NCBI GenBank assembly: GCA_951406725.2 | Contig: OX597838.1 | Coordinates: 23,374,001-23,438,000, forward strand | Source: Octopus vulgaris | Taxonomy: Eukaryota | Length of the DNA: 64,000 bases | Reading direction: 5' to 3' | Shown here: positions 63,532 to 64,000 of the stretch, piece by piece | Layout: every line of letters starts with the position of its first letter | Position numbering within the stretch: the first letter of the stretch is position 1 | Made by a program: the position numbers and the translations under genes | Notes under the pieces: generated by a model | The model's database searches: none | What the model was told of the DNA's origin: nothing | Seen by the model: only the letters and a program-made list of their open reading frames with translations

Positions 63532-64000
63532 TCATCATCATCATTGTTCGACCGTGGTCGAGACAATGGAATTTACTATGTTACGCCAGACTTCACGGTC
63601 CATCATAGCATTACGGAGGTCCTGTTGCTGGATGCCTGTATCCCTGGAGATTACATCAGGGTAGGAGAGTGTGCGCCCTCTGGTATTGCGAGTAGATGGC
63701 TTCCAGAGGAGAAGAGTAGAAATTACTTCTTTTTCAGCTCTACAACAATGTCCAGCAAACTGGACTCTCCTACCTTTCACAAGAGATGACACAGGTGGTA
63801 ATTTCCCATATATTTGCATTTTGGTTGGATGGCGCTTCCACGAGAGATTTTGAGCTCTCATAAGGAGGCGAGTGTAGGTTCCATCCAACCGCCTCTCAAG
63901 CTTCTTTGATAACGTCCAGGTTTCTGAGCCATATAGTAGAATTGGTTCGACTGTGGCTTTGAATATTTCAAGTTTGAAGTCTCTACTTAGATTTGATGAC
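63532..64000 (-). mobile_element. RTE/RTEX-type LINE 3' portion, running off the window
   Basis: IFKATVEPILLYGSETWTLSKKLERRLDGTYTRLL...FAGHCCR...; (ATG)n tail; same family as 35956-36203. Confidence 0.88.

Overview
AT-rich, repeat-dense animal genomic DNA. The SINE, microsatellite and LINE content looks like a coleoid cephalopod, most likely Octopus; this is an inference. Host genes, all on +: (1) the end of a very large single coding exon (open from base 2 to 2980) encoding a beta-propeller/NHL-like protein with a 16 x 8-aa acidic repeat; (2) a complete 5-exon YdjC/ChbG carbohydrate deacetylase (14833-33446, 313 aa); (3) the 5' part of argininosuccinate lyase (exons at 37392, 53427, 57257 and 63376; the KLWGGRF exon is not visible and probably lies in the N gap). 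The rest is transposon-derived. The main observation is a full-length Tx1-clade LINE (8894-14181, 16-bp TSD) inserted in the tRNA-derived head of a SINE. A subfamily of that same SINE carries the LINE's 3' tail and has inserted repeatedly at the same site in its own family, building tandem arrays: an apparent self-targeting LINE/SINE system. Also present: several Penelope-type minimal hammerhead ribozyme motifs, a twin-primed RTE-type insertion, Merlin-, hAT-, piggyBac- and pogo-like MITEs, a non-autonomous Helitron, and long inverted repeats within introns.
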